A DNA stretch of 64,000 nucleotides from Candidatus Jorgensenbacteria bacterium (GCA_043807585.1 JAZDFV010000015.1:16071-80070), one strand, 5' to 3'. Numbered from the stretch's first letter, positions 53,545-63,924 are shown. Notes: generated from the letters alone by a model not told the origin. Program-made: numbers and translations.

Positions 53545-54411
53545 TTGAAACATCCTCTAGCAACCTATAATGTTTCCTTCGGGAAGGTTGAGAGTGATTT
53601 ACAGGATTTTTTTGTTGCGTATAAAAATATTGAAATTAGAGATTTTCTTCCGGAAAACAAAAGCGATGAGAAGATAAAAGAAGCATTAAAACGTTATAGG
53701 GTTTTTCTTTATTCTTTAAGAGAGTATCTAGACGACTGCTTTCATGTCGTAAAAACCTTTATCCCTCCGCAACCACAATTTAGATACAATAAAAATCAAT
53801 ATGATTGGTTGAAACAAAATATTATCATGCCACATATGGTGTCTTTTCTTAGTAAAATTGATACCTATAAAAAGTTCTTAGATAGTATTGTTAATGAACT
53901 CAAACACAATAACGCTGTTCTAAACGGGATTGTTTTCTATGACACAATCACCAAAGATTTTTCATTAGGATACTATATAGCAAATGTGTTCAATGGAAGA
54001 TATGAACCAGTAGAGAAAATCCACCAGAAATTTCATAATCAAGACACCGCGTTTTCTTTCGCGAGGGATATTAGATATAACTCTTGCAATATCTTTCAAT
54101 TATCTGAGGAACTAGTTGAATTTATTGTTAATGGTTTGAAATTGCAGATACCTGTACCTACGCAGGAACGAACTCCAAATGAGGAGCGCCGCTTGCTATA
54201 TGAAGATATTTCTAATCTACCAAGATATTTTTTCCCTGATGAATATCAAAAAGATGTTCCAAGCGTAGTACTAAGAGAAAATAGTGCATTAAAATTAGAG
54301 CTCCCTTCTAAACTTTCTTTGAGACCACTCCATCACAACAGAGTGTTGCTTTATCACTCTGGCGATGGGAAAACGAGGAGTTTTGCATTACTTTACTACT
54401 CTGGAGAATAA
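53545..54411 (+). CDS. hypothetical protein, AT-rich island
   Basis: 288-aa ORF, no recognised family. Confidence 0.4.
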   Translation: MKHPLATYNVSFGKVESDLQDFFVAYKNIEIRDFLPENKSDEKIKEALKRYRVFLYSLREYLDDCFHVVKTFIPPQPQFRYNKNQYDWLKQNIIMPHMVSFLSKIDTYKKFLDSIVNELKHNNAVLNGIVFYDTITKDFSLGYYIANVFNGRYEPVEKIHQKFHNQDTAFSFARDIRYNSCNIFQLSEELVEFIVNGLKLQIPVPTQERTPNEERRLLYEDISNLPRYFFPDEYQKDVPSVVLRENSALKLELPSKLSLRPLHHNRVLLYHSGDGKTRSFALLYYSGE

Positions 54412-54504
54412 CCCCGACCGAGACGGGTCAATGGGAAAATGCATTTCCAGCAACTTCTCCCTCCTTGTTGTTCCTAACCGCCCTTCTATACTGGAGGTAC
54501 GCCT

Positions 54505-54753
54505 ATGAGAAAGATTATTGGTTCAATATTGGATATTGCTTACTACCTTTTAGGAGCATCTGCGGTGGTAGTTTTATACGCTATCTTCAAATCATCAGTA
54601 CCGTCGGGCCTACGCTGGCTTTTTTGGGTCGTTTTTATCGGGGGTCTCTGGTTAGTGGCTTGGATAGTGGCCCGGAAACAGGGTAAATCATTTTGGGATA
54701 TTTGGAGTGAAAACAAAGAAAGTGGATCCGATCAAGATAAGTCAGCAAAATAG
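54505..54753 (+). CDS. hypothetical two-TM small membrane protein
   Basis: 82-aa ORF, two hydrophobic helices. Confidence 0.4.
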   Translation: MRKIIGSILDIAYYLLGASAVVVLYAIFKSSVPSGLRWLFWVVFIGGLWLVAWIVARKQGKSFWDIWSENKESGSDQDKSAK

Positions 54754-54832
54754 GTTCGAATAGCGTTCTTACTACGCAACACGAGTCAGCACGGTATCGA
54801 GAGACCAAGAGAGATAACAACGTGTTACTAGA

Positions 54833-55546
54833 ATGAACAACAACGGGGAACTTAAAAAGAAGCTTGATGAACTGGTTAAAAATGCTGACTTCATTCTGGC
54901 TAGTCCCGATACGTTAGAAAAACTAAAGGCGAGGGGATTTCCCATTCAATCTAAGTTTGTAACTTATCAAGAATATCTAGATAAATTATTTGAAGAGAAA
55001 AAGAAAAATGCCAATGAAATCATTCAGGATTTCCCGCCGCTTTCTGATAAGTTAGCGAATGCCGCAATAAAATCATTATACGAAGAGATAAGAGAATGCT
55101 ATGCCTTAGGTCTATTTGGAGCAGCCATAACTTTATCGGTAATTCTTTTAGAACTGGGTTTTAAATATAAAATTTATAACAAAAGAAGAGAACATGATCC
55201 AAAATCACAATGGGAAAAAATAGAAATAATCGATCTTACTACGGCAATCAAAAATTTAAAAAATCTTGGTGAATTATCAAATTCTGAGAAAAAAGAATTG
55301 GACAATTTTAATTTAGAGATAAGAAATCCGTACATCCACTATAATTTACAAAAACTAGTTTGCAATATAATGGTAGAAAAGTTACCTCTACTCAAAACCG
55401 AAACAGGCGAGATGGAAATTCTTGAGAATGTAGAAGTTGCAAAAAAACCTTATTTATGGTTTTCGGGTAAAAAATTTGTGGATAAAAATCAAGCTCACAG
55501 CATACTTAAGTTTTGTATTGGGTGGGTAAATAAAGTTTTGGGATAG
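54833..55546 (+). CDS. hypothetical protein, AT-rich
   Basis: 237-aa ORF, no recognised family. Confidence 0.4.
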   Translation: MNNNGELKKKLDELVKNADFILASPDTLEKLKARGFPIQSKFVTYQEYLDKLFEEKKKNANEIIQDFPPLSDKLANAAIKSLYEEIRECYALGLFGAAITLSVILLELGFKYKIYNKRREHDPKSQWEKIEIIDLTTAIKNLKNLGELSNSEKKELDNFNLEIRNPYIHYNLQKLVCNIMVEKLPLLKTETGEMEILENVEVAKKPYLWFSGKKFVDKNQAHSILKFCIGWVNKVLG

Positions 55547-55616
55547 AGTTTTCTTACCCCGACCGAAACCCTCCTTCAGTAAACTTTCGGACGGGCAGGC
55601 CCTTCAACGGGTTCGG

Positions 55617-55700
55617 CAAGGGCTTCGACTGAGCGGTTCGGCCCTGAGCTCACCGCCGAAGGGCTCAGCCGAATGTCCTCACCGCAAGCAAGCTCAGGGC
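55617..55700. mobile_element. intergenic copy of the CTGAGC-family element (ggcttcgactgagcggttcggccctgagctcaccgccgaagggctcagccgaatgtcc)
   Basis: Near-identical to 60158-60232 and the reverse complement of 50010-50075. Confidence 0.65.
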
Positions 55701-55790
55701 AAGCGGGTCAGTTTGACCGCTAGATTGACTGTGATAAATAGAAGACCCACACGAATGTGGGTCTTTTGGTTTCTACCTCTCAATATATCT

Positions 55791-57272
55791 TCACTGCTGA
55801 AGTATTTCCTGATAAAGCGTAGCTTCGTTCTTCAGTAAATATCCAGCCGTAAATATTCTCCTCCACCTCTCGCGCGCCTCGGCGGCGCTGAACACCATCC
55901 GGAGGATCTCGTTCCACCGCTCCACCTCCTCTTTCGATATATCAAGTTCATCGGTACGTCGAAGATCCCCTCTTTCAATGATTTCTCTGATGGACAGCGG
56001 GATGGATTCCTCGCCGCGATATTTCTCGAGAAGCGCATCGGCTTCCGCGAGTGAGTGATTCACTGTTTCCCTGATTTCTTTCATGTTCGCCGACGGCTCA
56101 AACACATTGAATGCCGCAAGCTGGACAATGCGGTACCCGGTTTCTCCGTCAATACCGAAGGAAACGCCCTCTCTTTTCAGAAACTCCTTCGCCTCGCTCG
56201 ATGCATAACATCCGCGCAATTCCACGATCTCTTGGAGCATGTGGTCTGGATAGACCACGAGCCCCGTGAGCACGGTATTCATGCGTTTTAGGGCGAACGT
56301 GAGTACGTGGAAAAGGTCGGGCCATGCGACCCTTTCGACTGACGACTGTTCGATTGACCGTTCCTCCCACGTGACCACGTTCTCGCGTATCGCGTCAAAA
56401 TACCCCCGCGCAAGCCGTGCCATTCCCTGGATGTTCTCCGAAAAAATGGTGTTCTTCTTGTGCGGCATCGCCGACGAACCTTTCTGCTTCCTACTGAACG
56501 GCTCGTGGTAGATGGGCCGGCCGCTCCGCGCACCAAGCCGTATGTCGAGCGCGATCTTCTCGAGCGAAAGACTTATCTGAAGCAGGGCGCCCGCAAGCGG
56601 AAGATGCAGCTCACGCGGCAATATCTGAGTCGCTCCGTAGAACGGCTCGAAACCGAGAAGTTCAAGTGCTCGCCTCTCCACTGCGGGGTTGATGCTGCCA
56701 TAATTGCCGATCGCGCCGGAGATCTTCGCATACTTGAGCCCATCCTGCGCGGCATAGAAAGCTGTCGCACTTTCCCCCAACGTCCGAAGCCACGTCAGGC
56801 ATCTCTTGCCGAACGTTTGGAGCTCCGCTTCCTGGCCATGGGTTCTCCCGTTCATGATGGTGTAGCGGTGTTTGAGCGCGAGCACCTTCAAGGTTGGCAC
56901 GAGATCGTGCACCATCTCCTCCACAACCTCACAGGATTGCTTCAGCATTTTCATGAACGCCGGCTCCTCTGTGTCGTAGGAGGTGATGTTCTCGTGAAAA
57001 TAGCGGTGGAGCCCGACGGGAAGATACTGTCGCCGTTCGTCGAGGAACGCATTCAGGTCGTGGCGGATCTCTTTATCCCTTGCATACCACCACGCAATGT
57101 CGATTGGTGCATTTTCAAGCGCTGTCCGTATCTCTAGATGCGTCCCACGGGGGAATTGGCCCAGCTCTTCGTTCGCCTGAACGACCGCGAGTTCGGTATC
57201 CTGCCAATGTGCCAATCTTCTCTCGTCCTTCCAAATCTCCGCAATCCGGGCGTCTTCATAACGTGTGATCAT
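55791..57272 (-). CDS. purB: adenylosuccinate lyase
   Basis: GSSAMPHKKNTIFSEN signature; fumarate-lyase fold; start taken at MITRYEDARIAEIW. Confidence 0.85.
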   Translation of the reverse strand: MITRYEDARIAEIWKDERRLAHWQDTELAVVQANEELGQFPRGTHLEIRTALENAPIDIAWWYARDKEIRHDLNAFLDERRQYLPVGLHRYFHENITSYDTEEPAFMKMLKQSCEVVEEMVHDLVPTLKVLALKHRYTIMNGRTHGQEAELQTFGKRCLTWLRTLGESATAFYAAQDGLKYAKISGAIGNYGSINPAVERRALELLGFEPFYGATQILPRELHLPLAGALLQISLSLEKIALDIRLGARSGRPIYHEPFSRKQKGSSAMPHKKNTIFSENIQGMARLARGYFDAIRENVVTWEERSIEQSSVERVAWPDLFHVLTFALKRMNTVLTGLVVYPDHMLQEIVELRGCYASSEAKEFLKREGVSFGIDGETGYRIVQLAAFNVFEPSANMKEIRETVNHSLAEADALLEKYRGEESIPLSIREIIERGDLRRTDELDISKEEVERWNEILRMVFSAAEARERWRRIFTAGYLLKNEATLYQEILQQ

Positions 57273-57473
57273 AGGAACCTCCGTTATATAGTGATCAAGG
57301 TAAGTGGATTTGAAATTGACTAGGATGACCATACCAATTCCCTCCGAGAATGTCAATCAATTTTCCGCTTACCTTTCTCTTATACTAAAGTCGCCCTCCC
57401 GGGGCTCCGTAACCGAAAAGCCCCACCGATTACCTCGATGGGGCTTTTTATGTTCGCGGGAGGGTGTCCACGC

Positions 57474-58121
57474 TCACTCACGGAGACCTTTGGATATCAT
57501 CAAAAACTTTTCCAAACCGATCCACGTTCCGTCCTCACCGGTAACGAGAGTTTGTTCGTACAGCCTGGGGTTGCGCAAGTGAAACTCGTCAATCCCAAGT
57601 ATCTCGAACACCTCCCTTACCGCATCCACCGCTTCGAAGAGATATTTGCTCTCGTCACGCCTGTAGACGAGGAAGTCGGTCGTATCCGGCGCGGGTGGAG
57701 TTCGCTCCGACGTTGAGCAATCGAAAGTGAAAAGGAGATCACCACTCGTCTGCACGTACGCCTCCTTAATGGACTTGCCTATCTCTTTTGTGCGTCGTTT
57801 GAGATCGGCTTGGAACGCGCCGACTTTTCCGGAATCGGGACAGTTCTCAAGCATCACCAGGACTTCTCCCTTGCTTTTATCAAGCGGGGCGGCGCGGCGC
57901 GCACGGACGAACCGGACCGTACGCCGGTGGTTCTGACCCTCGACTGCACCCAATTCGGTCGTCACGGGTTTCTCGAACTTCGAAAAATCCCAATCCATGA
58001 ACCTAATGACCCATGCCTCGAGAGTTTGGGGTATTTTCTCCGGTCGTTTCATGCGAGGTTCCTCCAGAAGAGTGATTGATTCAGTTGTTTGTTGAGCTGG
58101 CGTGAATATAACATTGTTCAT
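57474..58121 (-). CDS. hypothetical protein
   Basis: 215-aa ORF. Confidence 0.35.
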   Translation of the reverse strand: MNNVIFTPAQQTTESITLLEEPRMKRPEKIPQTLEAWVIRFMDWDFSKFEKPVTTELGAVEGQNHRRTVRFVRARRAAPLDKSKGEVLVMLENCPDSGKVGAFQADLKRRTKEIGKSIKEAYVQTSGDLLFTFDCSTSERTPPAPDTTDFLVYRRDESKYLFEAVDAVREVFEILGIDEFHLRNPRLYEQTLVTGEDGTWIGLEKFLMISKGLRE

Positions 58122-58157
58122 GCTTTCCTGTCAAATGAATCAAAACCCGCCGCATGG

Positions 58158-59432
58158 TCATCTTCGCCGCTTGGAATGACCGAACCTCTGCGGTCCCCGG
58201 AATCCGCCGCGCTGATCGCTGAAACGGGAATGGGCTCCGGCGGGACGGCGGTCATGGCCGAAACGGGATTTCGGCGCATCGGGAATCCGGTCAGTCCTGC
58301 GGGCCGGAGGAAGCTCGGGGAGCTTTGAGAGCGGCAATACGGCGCGAATGAGGCGCTCGATCCCCCGCACGTCCCCCCTCTGGTCGGGTGTCGCGAAGGA
58401 AATGGCGTGCCCCGCGCCCCCAGCGCGGGCGGTGCGGCCGATGCGGTGCACGTAATCCTCCGGACTCTGGGGGAGATCATAATTCAGCACCAATTCTATC
58501 CCCTTAACGTCTATCCCCCGCGCGGCAATATCGGTGGCGATGAGCACGCGATACGTGCCGTTTTTGAATCCCTCAAGCGCGGCGCGGCGTTGGGCAAGCG
58601 AACGGTTTGCGTGGATTTCGGCGGCCGCGTGGCCCATCGCGCGAACGTTCGCAGTGATCTTGCGCGCGCCGAATTTTGTCCGCGAAAACACGAGCACGGA
58701 ACCCCGGTACTCATACAGGATCTTTTCCAAGAGACGCGGCTTGTCATGCTTCTCCACGAAGAAAAGTTCCTGTGTCACCTTCGCGACGGTGGTGCCGGAG
58801 GGGGCGATCTCCACGCGTATTGGAAGCTTCATGTTCGCCTGCGCGATAGCCAAGATGTCCTGGGGCATGGTGGCCGAGAAGAGCATCGTCTGCCTGTGGC
58901 GGGGCACTACATTGAGTATCCTCTGCAACTGCGGCGCGAAACCCATATCGAGCATCCGATCCGCCTCATCGAGCACGAGAACGGCAACCGATCCCAACGA
59001 GAGGGTCTTCCCCTGCAGGTGGTCGAGGATCCTCCCCGGCGTGCCGATGATTATCTGAGGATCTTTCTGAAGCGCGAGGAGCTGGCGGCTGATGGATTCG
59101 CCGCCGATGAGGACCGCCGTCCGCGCGCCGGGGGACGCGCCAATCTTATGAAAAACATCGTTCACCTGAGCCGCGAGCTCACGCGTGGGCAGTATGACGA
59201 GCCCCCGCTTTCCGCGAAGCACGGCCTGGATCATAGGTACCGCGAAGGCCAGCGTTTTCCCCGTGCCGGTCTGGGCAATGCCGATCATATCTTTTCCTTC
59301 CAGCGCCGGGGGAATGGATTTTTCCTGAATGGGGGTGGGAACGGTGAAGTTGAGTTTATCAAGCACCGCCAGTATGTTCGGCGCAATGCCGAGGCGATAA
59401 AAACCGGAAGATTGGTTCATAGGAGATACCAT
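58158..59432 (-). CDS. DEAD-box ATP-dependent RNA helicase
   Basis: Q-motif, AQTGTGKT, DEAD, SAT, HRIGRTARAG; Arg/Gly-rich C-terminal tail. Confidence 0.85.
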   Translation of the reverse strand: MVSPMNQSSGFYRLGIAPNILAVLDKLNFTVPTPIQEKSIPPALEGKDMIGIAQTGTGKTLAFAVPMIQAVLRGKRGLVILPTRELAAQVNDVFHKIGASPGARTAVLIGGESISRQLLALQKDPQIIIGTPGRILDHLQGKTLSLGSVAVLVLDEADRMLDMGFAPQLQRILNVVPRHRQTMLFSATMPQDILAIAQANMKLPIRVEIAPSGTTVAKVTQELFFVEKHDKPRLLEKILYEYRGSVLVFSRTKFGARKITANVRAMGHAAAEIHANRSLAQRRAALEGFKNGTYRVLIATDIAARGIDVKGIELVLNYDLPQSPEDYVHRIGRTARAGGAGHAISFATPDQRGDVRGIERLIRAVLPLSKLPELPPARRTDRIPDAPKSRFGHDRRPAGAHSRFSDQRGGFRGPQRFGHSKRRR

Positions 59433-59451
59433 AGCACAAAAAATGGAGGGG

Positions 59452-61416
59452 TTAACGCAGTGCGTTACGGAGTATCCGCTTGCGCAGGCGGATGCTTTTG
59501 GGCGTCACCTCCACCAGCTCGTCCTCGCCGATGTACTCCAGCGCCTGCTCCAGGGAGAGCGTGCGGGGCGGGACGAGATCGTCGGTTACCGCGTCCGTCT
59601 TGGCCCGGAAGTTCGTCAGCTGTTTCTGCCTGCAAACGTTCACCGCAATGTCGTTCGCCTTGGCATTCTGCCCCGCCACCTGTCCCTCATACACCTTCTC
59701 GCCGGGACCGATGAACATGACGCCCCGTTCCTGCGCGCGCAGGAGCGCATACGCGGTGGTCGTGCCCGTTTCGTGTACGATAAGCGAACCGTGTGCGCTC
59801 GTCGGGATAAAATCCAGTTTCGGGAAGTAACCAGCGAAAAGCGAGTTCACGACGCCGGTGCCCCGGGTTTCTATTATGAACTCGTTCCGGAAACCGATGA
59901 GACCGCGGGTGGTGATGAAAAAGTGGAACGAGGCGATGCCGTTATCAACACTCATGTTTTTGAGCTCGCCCCTCCGCATGCTCATTTTCTGAATGACGAG
60001 GCCGGCATACGCCTCCGGCACCTCGATCCACACGTCCTCCGTCGGCTCCAGCATTACGCCGCTCTCCTCCTCCCTTCGACTTTGCTCAGGGTGGTACGGT
60101 ACTAAATCGCTAGATGTGCTATCGGTATTTGACGTTGCATTGTTGCCTGGGTGGTGAGGGCTTCGACTGAGCGGTTCGGCCCTGAGCTCACCGCCGAAGG
60201 GCTCAGCCGAACGTCCTTGTCGAACCATGAAAATGACCTCCGGCCGCGAGACCTGCACCTCATAGCCCTCGCGCCGCATGGTTTCTATGAGGATCGCGAG
60301 GTGCAGCTCGCCGCGCCCGCTCACGACGAATTCGTCGGCGGAGGCGCCCTCCTCAACGCGGAGCGCCACGTCATTGTCGAGTTCCCTGAAGAGCCGCTCA
60401 CGGATGTTGCGTGACGTGCAGTATTCCCCTTCCTCTCCGGAGAAGGGTGAATCATTGGCCGAGAACACCATTTTCACCGTGGGCTTTTCAATGGCGATGG
60501 GAGTCAGGGGGTCCGGATGGGCGGCATCCGCGAGCGTGTCGCCGATATTCACCTCTGGGATCCCCGCGATGGCCACAATGTCGCCCGCGGGCACGGCATC
60601 GATGGGCACGCGTCCCAAGCCGGAGAACGTCATGAGTTCCGTGATCTTGAAATTCTTGACCGCACTGCCGCTCCGGAGGTGCGCGATCGTCATGCCGTTC
60701 TCCGCGACGCCGCGATGGATGCGCCCCACTGCGATCCTCCCCTGGTAATCGTTGTATTGTATGGAAGCCACCATCATCTGGAACGGCGCATCGCTCTCCA
60801 TCTTCGGAGCGGGGATGTGCTGGAGAATGGCCTCAAAGAGCGGGGCGATATTTTTCATGGCGGCGAGGTCCGGCGCGATGCCCGCCACTCCAAATTTGCC
60901 CGCCGCGTAGAGAATGGGAAAATTCAGCTGTTCGTTCGTCGCGCCAAGCTCAAGGAAGAGCTCGATTACCTTTTCAAGCACGTAGTGCACGCGCGCACTT
61001 TTCTTGTCTATTTTATTGATCACGAGAATGATCTTATGCCCCGCGTTGAGCGCCTTCTTGAGCACAAAACGGGTCTGCGGCATCGGCCCCTCCTGCGCAT
61101 CCACGAGCAGGAGCGAGCCGTCCACCATATTAAGGACGCGCTCCACCTCCCCGCCGAAGTCCGCGTGACCGGGCGTGTCAATGATGTTGATCTTCGTCCC
61201 CCGGTAGACCACGGCGGCGTTCTTGGAAAAAATGGTGATGCCGCGCTCCCGCTCGAGCTCGTTCGAGTCCATGATGAGCTCGTTATTCACCAGCTTGCCG
61301 AGCTTGGTCTCGGATTGCTTCAGGAGCGCGTCAACGAGGGTGGACTTGCCGTGGTCTACATGAGCAATAATTGCTATATTTCGAATCTGCATAATATTCT
61401 CTAACTCTAGCTCCAA
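59452..61416 (-). CDS. typA: translational GTPase TypA/BipA carrying an in-frame repeat-element insertion
   Basis: [18 protein letters not shown]1, [13 protein letters not shown]; about 49-aa low-complexity insertion ([40 protein letters not shown]) encoded by 60158-60232. Confidence 0.85.
   Translation of the reverse strand: MELELENIMQIRNIAIIAHVDHGKSTLVDALLKQSETKLGKLVNNELIMDSNELERERGITIFSKNAAVVYRGTKINIIDTPGHADFGGEVERVLNMVDGSLLLVDAQEGPMPQTRFVLKKALNAGHKIILVINKIDKKSARVHYVLEKVIELFLELGATNEQLNFPILYAAGKFGVAGIAPDLAAMKNIAPLFEAILQHIPAPKMESDAPFQMMVASIQYNDYQGRIAVGRIHRGVAENGMTIAHLRSGSAVKNFKITELMTFSGLGRVPIDAVPAGDIVAIAGIPEVNIGDTLADAAHPDPLTPIAIEKPTVKMVFSANDSPFSGEEGEYCTSRNIRERLFRELDNDVALRVEEGASADEFVVSGRGELHLAILIETMRREGYEVQVSRPEVIFMVRQGRSAEPFGGELRAEPLSRSPHHPGNNATSNTDSTSSDLVPYHPEQSRREEESGVMLEPTEDVWIEVPEAYAGLVIQKMSMRRGELKNMSVDNGIASFHFFITTRGLIGFRNEFIIETRGTGVVNSLFAGYFPKLDFIPTSAHGSLIVHETGTTTAYALLRAQERGVMFIGPGEKVYEGQVAGQNAKANDIAVNVCRQKQLTNFRAKTDAVTDDLVPPRTLSLEQALEYIGEDELVEVTPKSIRLRKRILRNALR
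60158..60232. mobile_element. CTGAGC-family element inserted in-frame in typA
   Basis: gggcttcgactgagcggttcggccctgagctcaccgccgaagggctcagccgaacgtccttgtcgaa. Confidence 0.65.
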
Positions 61417-61441
61417 GTTATGAAATCAATGTGGGCGACTT

Positions 61442-61479
61442 GCCCCGTACCGTCCGCCTAAGGCGGACTGGTGCGGGGT
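61442..61479. repeat. imperfect palindrome ccccgtaccgtccgcctaaggcggactggtgcgggg (second gtccgcctaaggcggac copy) in the divergent typA/rarA promoter region
   Basis: Read directly. Confidence 0.5.
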
Positions 61480-61634
61480 AATGGCAATGTTGCGTATGGA
61501 ATCCATAAAAAAGTGCCGCACTCCGGGCGGCGCTTAAAAACAATATAAACCAAAACATTCAAAAAATCAACCTCAGTAAATGACCGCCCTGTGCGCGTTT
61601 GCAATTCTACCCTCCCGCGCTACGCTGCGAACAC

Positions 61635-62780
61635 ATGGAACCGCTTGCCGCAAGAATCAGGCCGACGTCGCTCGATGAATTCATCGGGCAGGAGCACCTC
61701 GTGGGCCAGGGAAAACCCATCCGCGAGGCGATTGAGAAGAAGCACCTCTTTTCGTTCGTCCTCTGGGGGCCGCCGGGGGTCGGCAAGACCACGCTCGCCA
61801 AAATCTACGCGAAAGCGCTCACCGCGGACCTCGTGGAGCTCTCCGCGGTTTCGGCCGGGAAGGACGACATAAAAGAGATCGTGCAGGGACAGCGGGGGCT
61901 CCGGTCCACCATCCTCTTTCTTGACGAAATTCACCGATTCAACAAGGCCCAGCAGGATTTCCTGCTTCCCTACGTCGAGACCGGCCGGCTCACTTTGATT
62001 GGCGCAACCGCCGAGAATCCCAGTTTTGAGATCATCGCTCCCCTCCTCTCGCGCTGCCAGGTGTTCGTCTTGAATGAGCTCTCGCTGGAGGAATTGAGCC
62101 GGATCGTTGACCGGACCGGCATCACGCTCGATAAGGCGGCGCGCGAGTGGCTCATCAACTTTGCGAACGGCGATGCCCGCCAGCTTCTGGGACTCCTGGA
62201 GGCGACGCAGGCACTCTACCGCGCCGTGAACGTCCAAACGCTCGCCAACGCCCTCCAATCCAAATTCCTCCGCTACGACCGTAAAGGTGAGGAGCACTAC
62301 AATACCATCAGCGCCTTCATCAAGAGCATGCGCGCCTCCAACCCGGACGCCGCGCTCTACTACCTCGGGCGCATGGTGGAATCGGGCGAGGATCCGAAAT
62401 TCATCGCACGCCGGATGGTAATCTTCGCCTCGGAAGACGTGGGGCTCGCGGATCCCCAAGCGCTCCCTATCGCGAATGCCGTGTTCCGCGCCGTGGAGAT
62501 CATCGGCCTGCCCGAGTGCGCCATTAACCTCGCCCATGGTGTGACCTATCTATCGCTGGCGCCGAAGAGCCGCCGTTCGTACGACGCGTATTTCCTGGCG
62601 GTGGACGACGTCAAAACGCACGGCAATCTTCCCGTCCCGTTGAATCTCCGGAACCCCGTAACGAAGCTTATGAAGGACCTTGACTACGGCAAGGGATATG
62701 AAAAGTACACGAAAGAGGATCTGCTCCCAAAGAAACTCAAAGGGAAAAAATACCTTGACCCGCCGATTGAAGGAAAATAG
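61635..62780 (+). CDS. rarA: replication-associated recombination protein A (RarA/MgsA AAA+ ATPase)
   Basis: RPTSLDEFIGQEHL, WGPPGVGKTTLA Walker A, LFLDEIHRF, MgsA C-terminal domain. Confidence 0.85.
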   Translation: MEPLAARIRPTSLDEFIGQEHLVGQGKPIREAIEKKHLFSFVLWGPPGVGKTTLAKIYAKALTADLVELSAVSAGKDDIKEIVQGQRGLRSTILFLDEIHRFNKAQQDFLLPYVETGRLTLIGATAENPSFEIIAPLLSRCQVFVLNELSLEELSRIVDRTGITLDKAAREWLINFANGDARQLLGLLEATQALYRAVNVQTLANALQSKFLRYDRKGEEHYNTISAFIKSMRASNPDAALYYLGRMVESGEDPKFIARRMVIFASEDVGLADPQALPIANAVFRAVEIIGLPECAINLAHGVTYLSLAPKSRRSYDAYFLAVDDVKTHGNLPVPLNLRNPVTKLMKDLDYGKGYEKYTKEDLLPKKLKGKKYLDPPIEGK

Positions 62781-62800
62781 GACCGAGACTCTCCTAAATT

Positions 62801-63799
62801 ATGTTGATTGACGACGTAACCATAAAAGTAAGCTCCGGCGACGGCGGGAACGGCGCCGTAGCTTTCAATAAAAACCTCATGTCGCTCGGACCCGTGGGCG
62901 GGAGCGGCGGCAGAGGCGGCAGTATCTATTGCGAGGGCGTCTCCGATCTGAACGCCTTAGGCCAATTCAGGTACGAAAAGAACATCAAGGCGAAGGACGG
63001 CGGACCAGGGAAGGGACAATTCAGAGACGGCCCCGACGGCAACGACCTTGTCTTGAAAGTTCCCGTGGGCACGGTGATCCACAATCTGACGACCGGCACG
63101 GAATCGGAGATCACAAAGATCGGCGCGCGCGTCCTCATCGCGAAAGGCGGCCGCGGCGGGAAAGGGAACTTCCATTTCCGCTCATCCACAAACACCACAC
63201 CGAAACAATTTCAGGCTGGGCTCCCCGGCGAGCAGTTCACCCTGCGGCTTGAACTCAAACTCATTGCCGACGTGGGCCTCATCGGCCTGCCGAACTCGGG
63301 AAAATCCAGCTTATTGAACGAACTCACGAGAGCAAAGAGCAAAGTTGCCAACTATCCCTTCACGACGCTGGAGCCGAATCTGGGAGCCTATTACAAGCTC
63401 ATCCTTGCGGACATTCCCGGGCTCATTGAAGGCGCGTCCTCCGGCAAGGGCTTGGGTATCAAATTCCTGCGGCACATTGAGCGCACAAAGATCCTTTTCC
63501 ATCTCATCTCCGCGGAATCGGAAGATCCAGCCAAAGACCGCAAGATCATCAAAAAAGAGCTTGAGAAATACAGCTCTTCGAAGAGTCTGAAGACTCAGAG
63601 TCTGAATGACAAGGAACTTTCAAAGAAAACCGAATACCTGTTCCTAAGCAAGAGCGACGCGGTACCGGCAAAGGACGTAAAGAAGAAGATCGCCGCTCTA
63701 AGGAAGATCGGTAAGAAAGCTTTCCCTATTTCCGTCTATGACTGGGACAGCTTGGAAAAAGTGAAAGCGATCTTAAATACGATACAGTCAAAAAAATAG
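62801..63799 (+). CDS. obg: GTPase Obg/CgtA
   Basis: N-terminal Gly-rich Obg fold (GDGGNG, GGSGGRGG), G-domain GLPNSGKSSL, DIPGLIEGA. Confidence 0.9.
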   Translation: MLIDDVTIKVSSGDGGNGAVAFNKNLMSLGPVGGSGGRGGSIYCEGVSDLNALGQFRYEKNIKAKDGGPGKGQFRDGPDGNDLVLKVPVGTVIHNLTTGTESEITKIGARVLIAKGGRGGKGNFHFRSSTNTTPKQFQAGLPGEQFTLRLELKLIADVGLIGLPNSGKSSLLNELTRAKSKVANYPFTTLEPNLGAYYKLILADIPGLIEGASSGKGLGIKFLRHIERTKILFHLISAESEDPAKDRKIIKKELEKYSSSKSLKTQSLNDKELSKKTEYLFLSKSDAVPAKDVKKKIAALRKIGKKAFPISVYDWDSLEKVKAILNTIQSKK

Positions 63800-63844
63800 T
63801 GAAGCTCCACAGGCTTAAACGCGTGAAGCTCCACATATTTTTTT

Positions 63845-63887
63845 ATATCACTTTCAACGGTCGTTGAAAGTGATATACTTTTTTATT
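63845..63887 (+). terminator. rho-independent terminator after obg (atatcactttcaacggtcgttgaaagtgatat then cttttttatt)
   Basis: 15-bp perfect inverted repeat followed by a T-run. Confidence 0.6.
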
Positions 63888-63924
63888 CACCCAGAGAAAA
63901 CCACAGGCATAAACCCGTGGAGTT

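Noticed and set aside
63801-63840. Direct repeat gtgaagctccaca x2 after obg as a possible att site or CRISPR remnant
   Set aside because: Only two short copies lie immediately before a canonical terminator hairpin. It is more likely part of the terminator/UTR.
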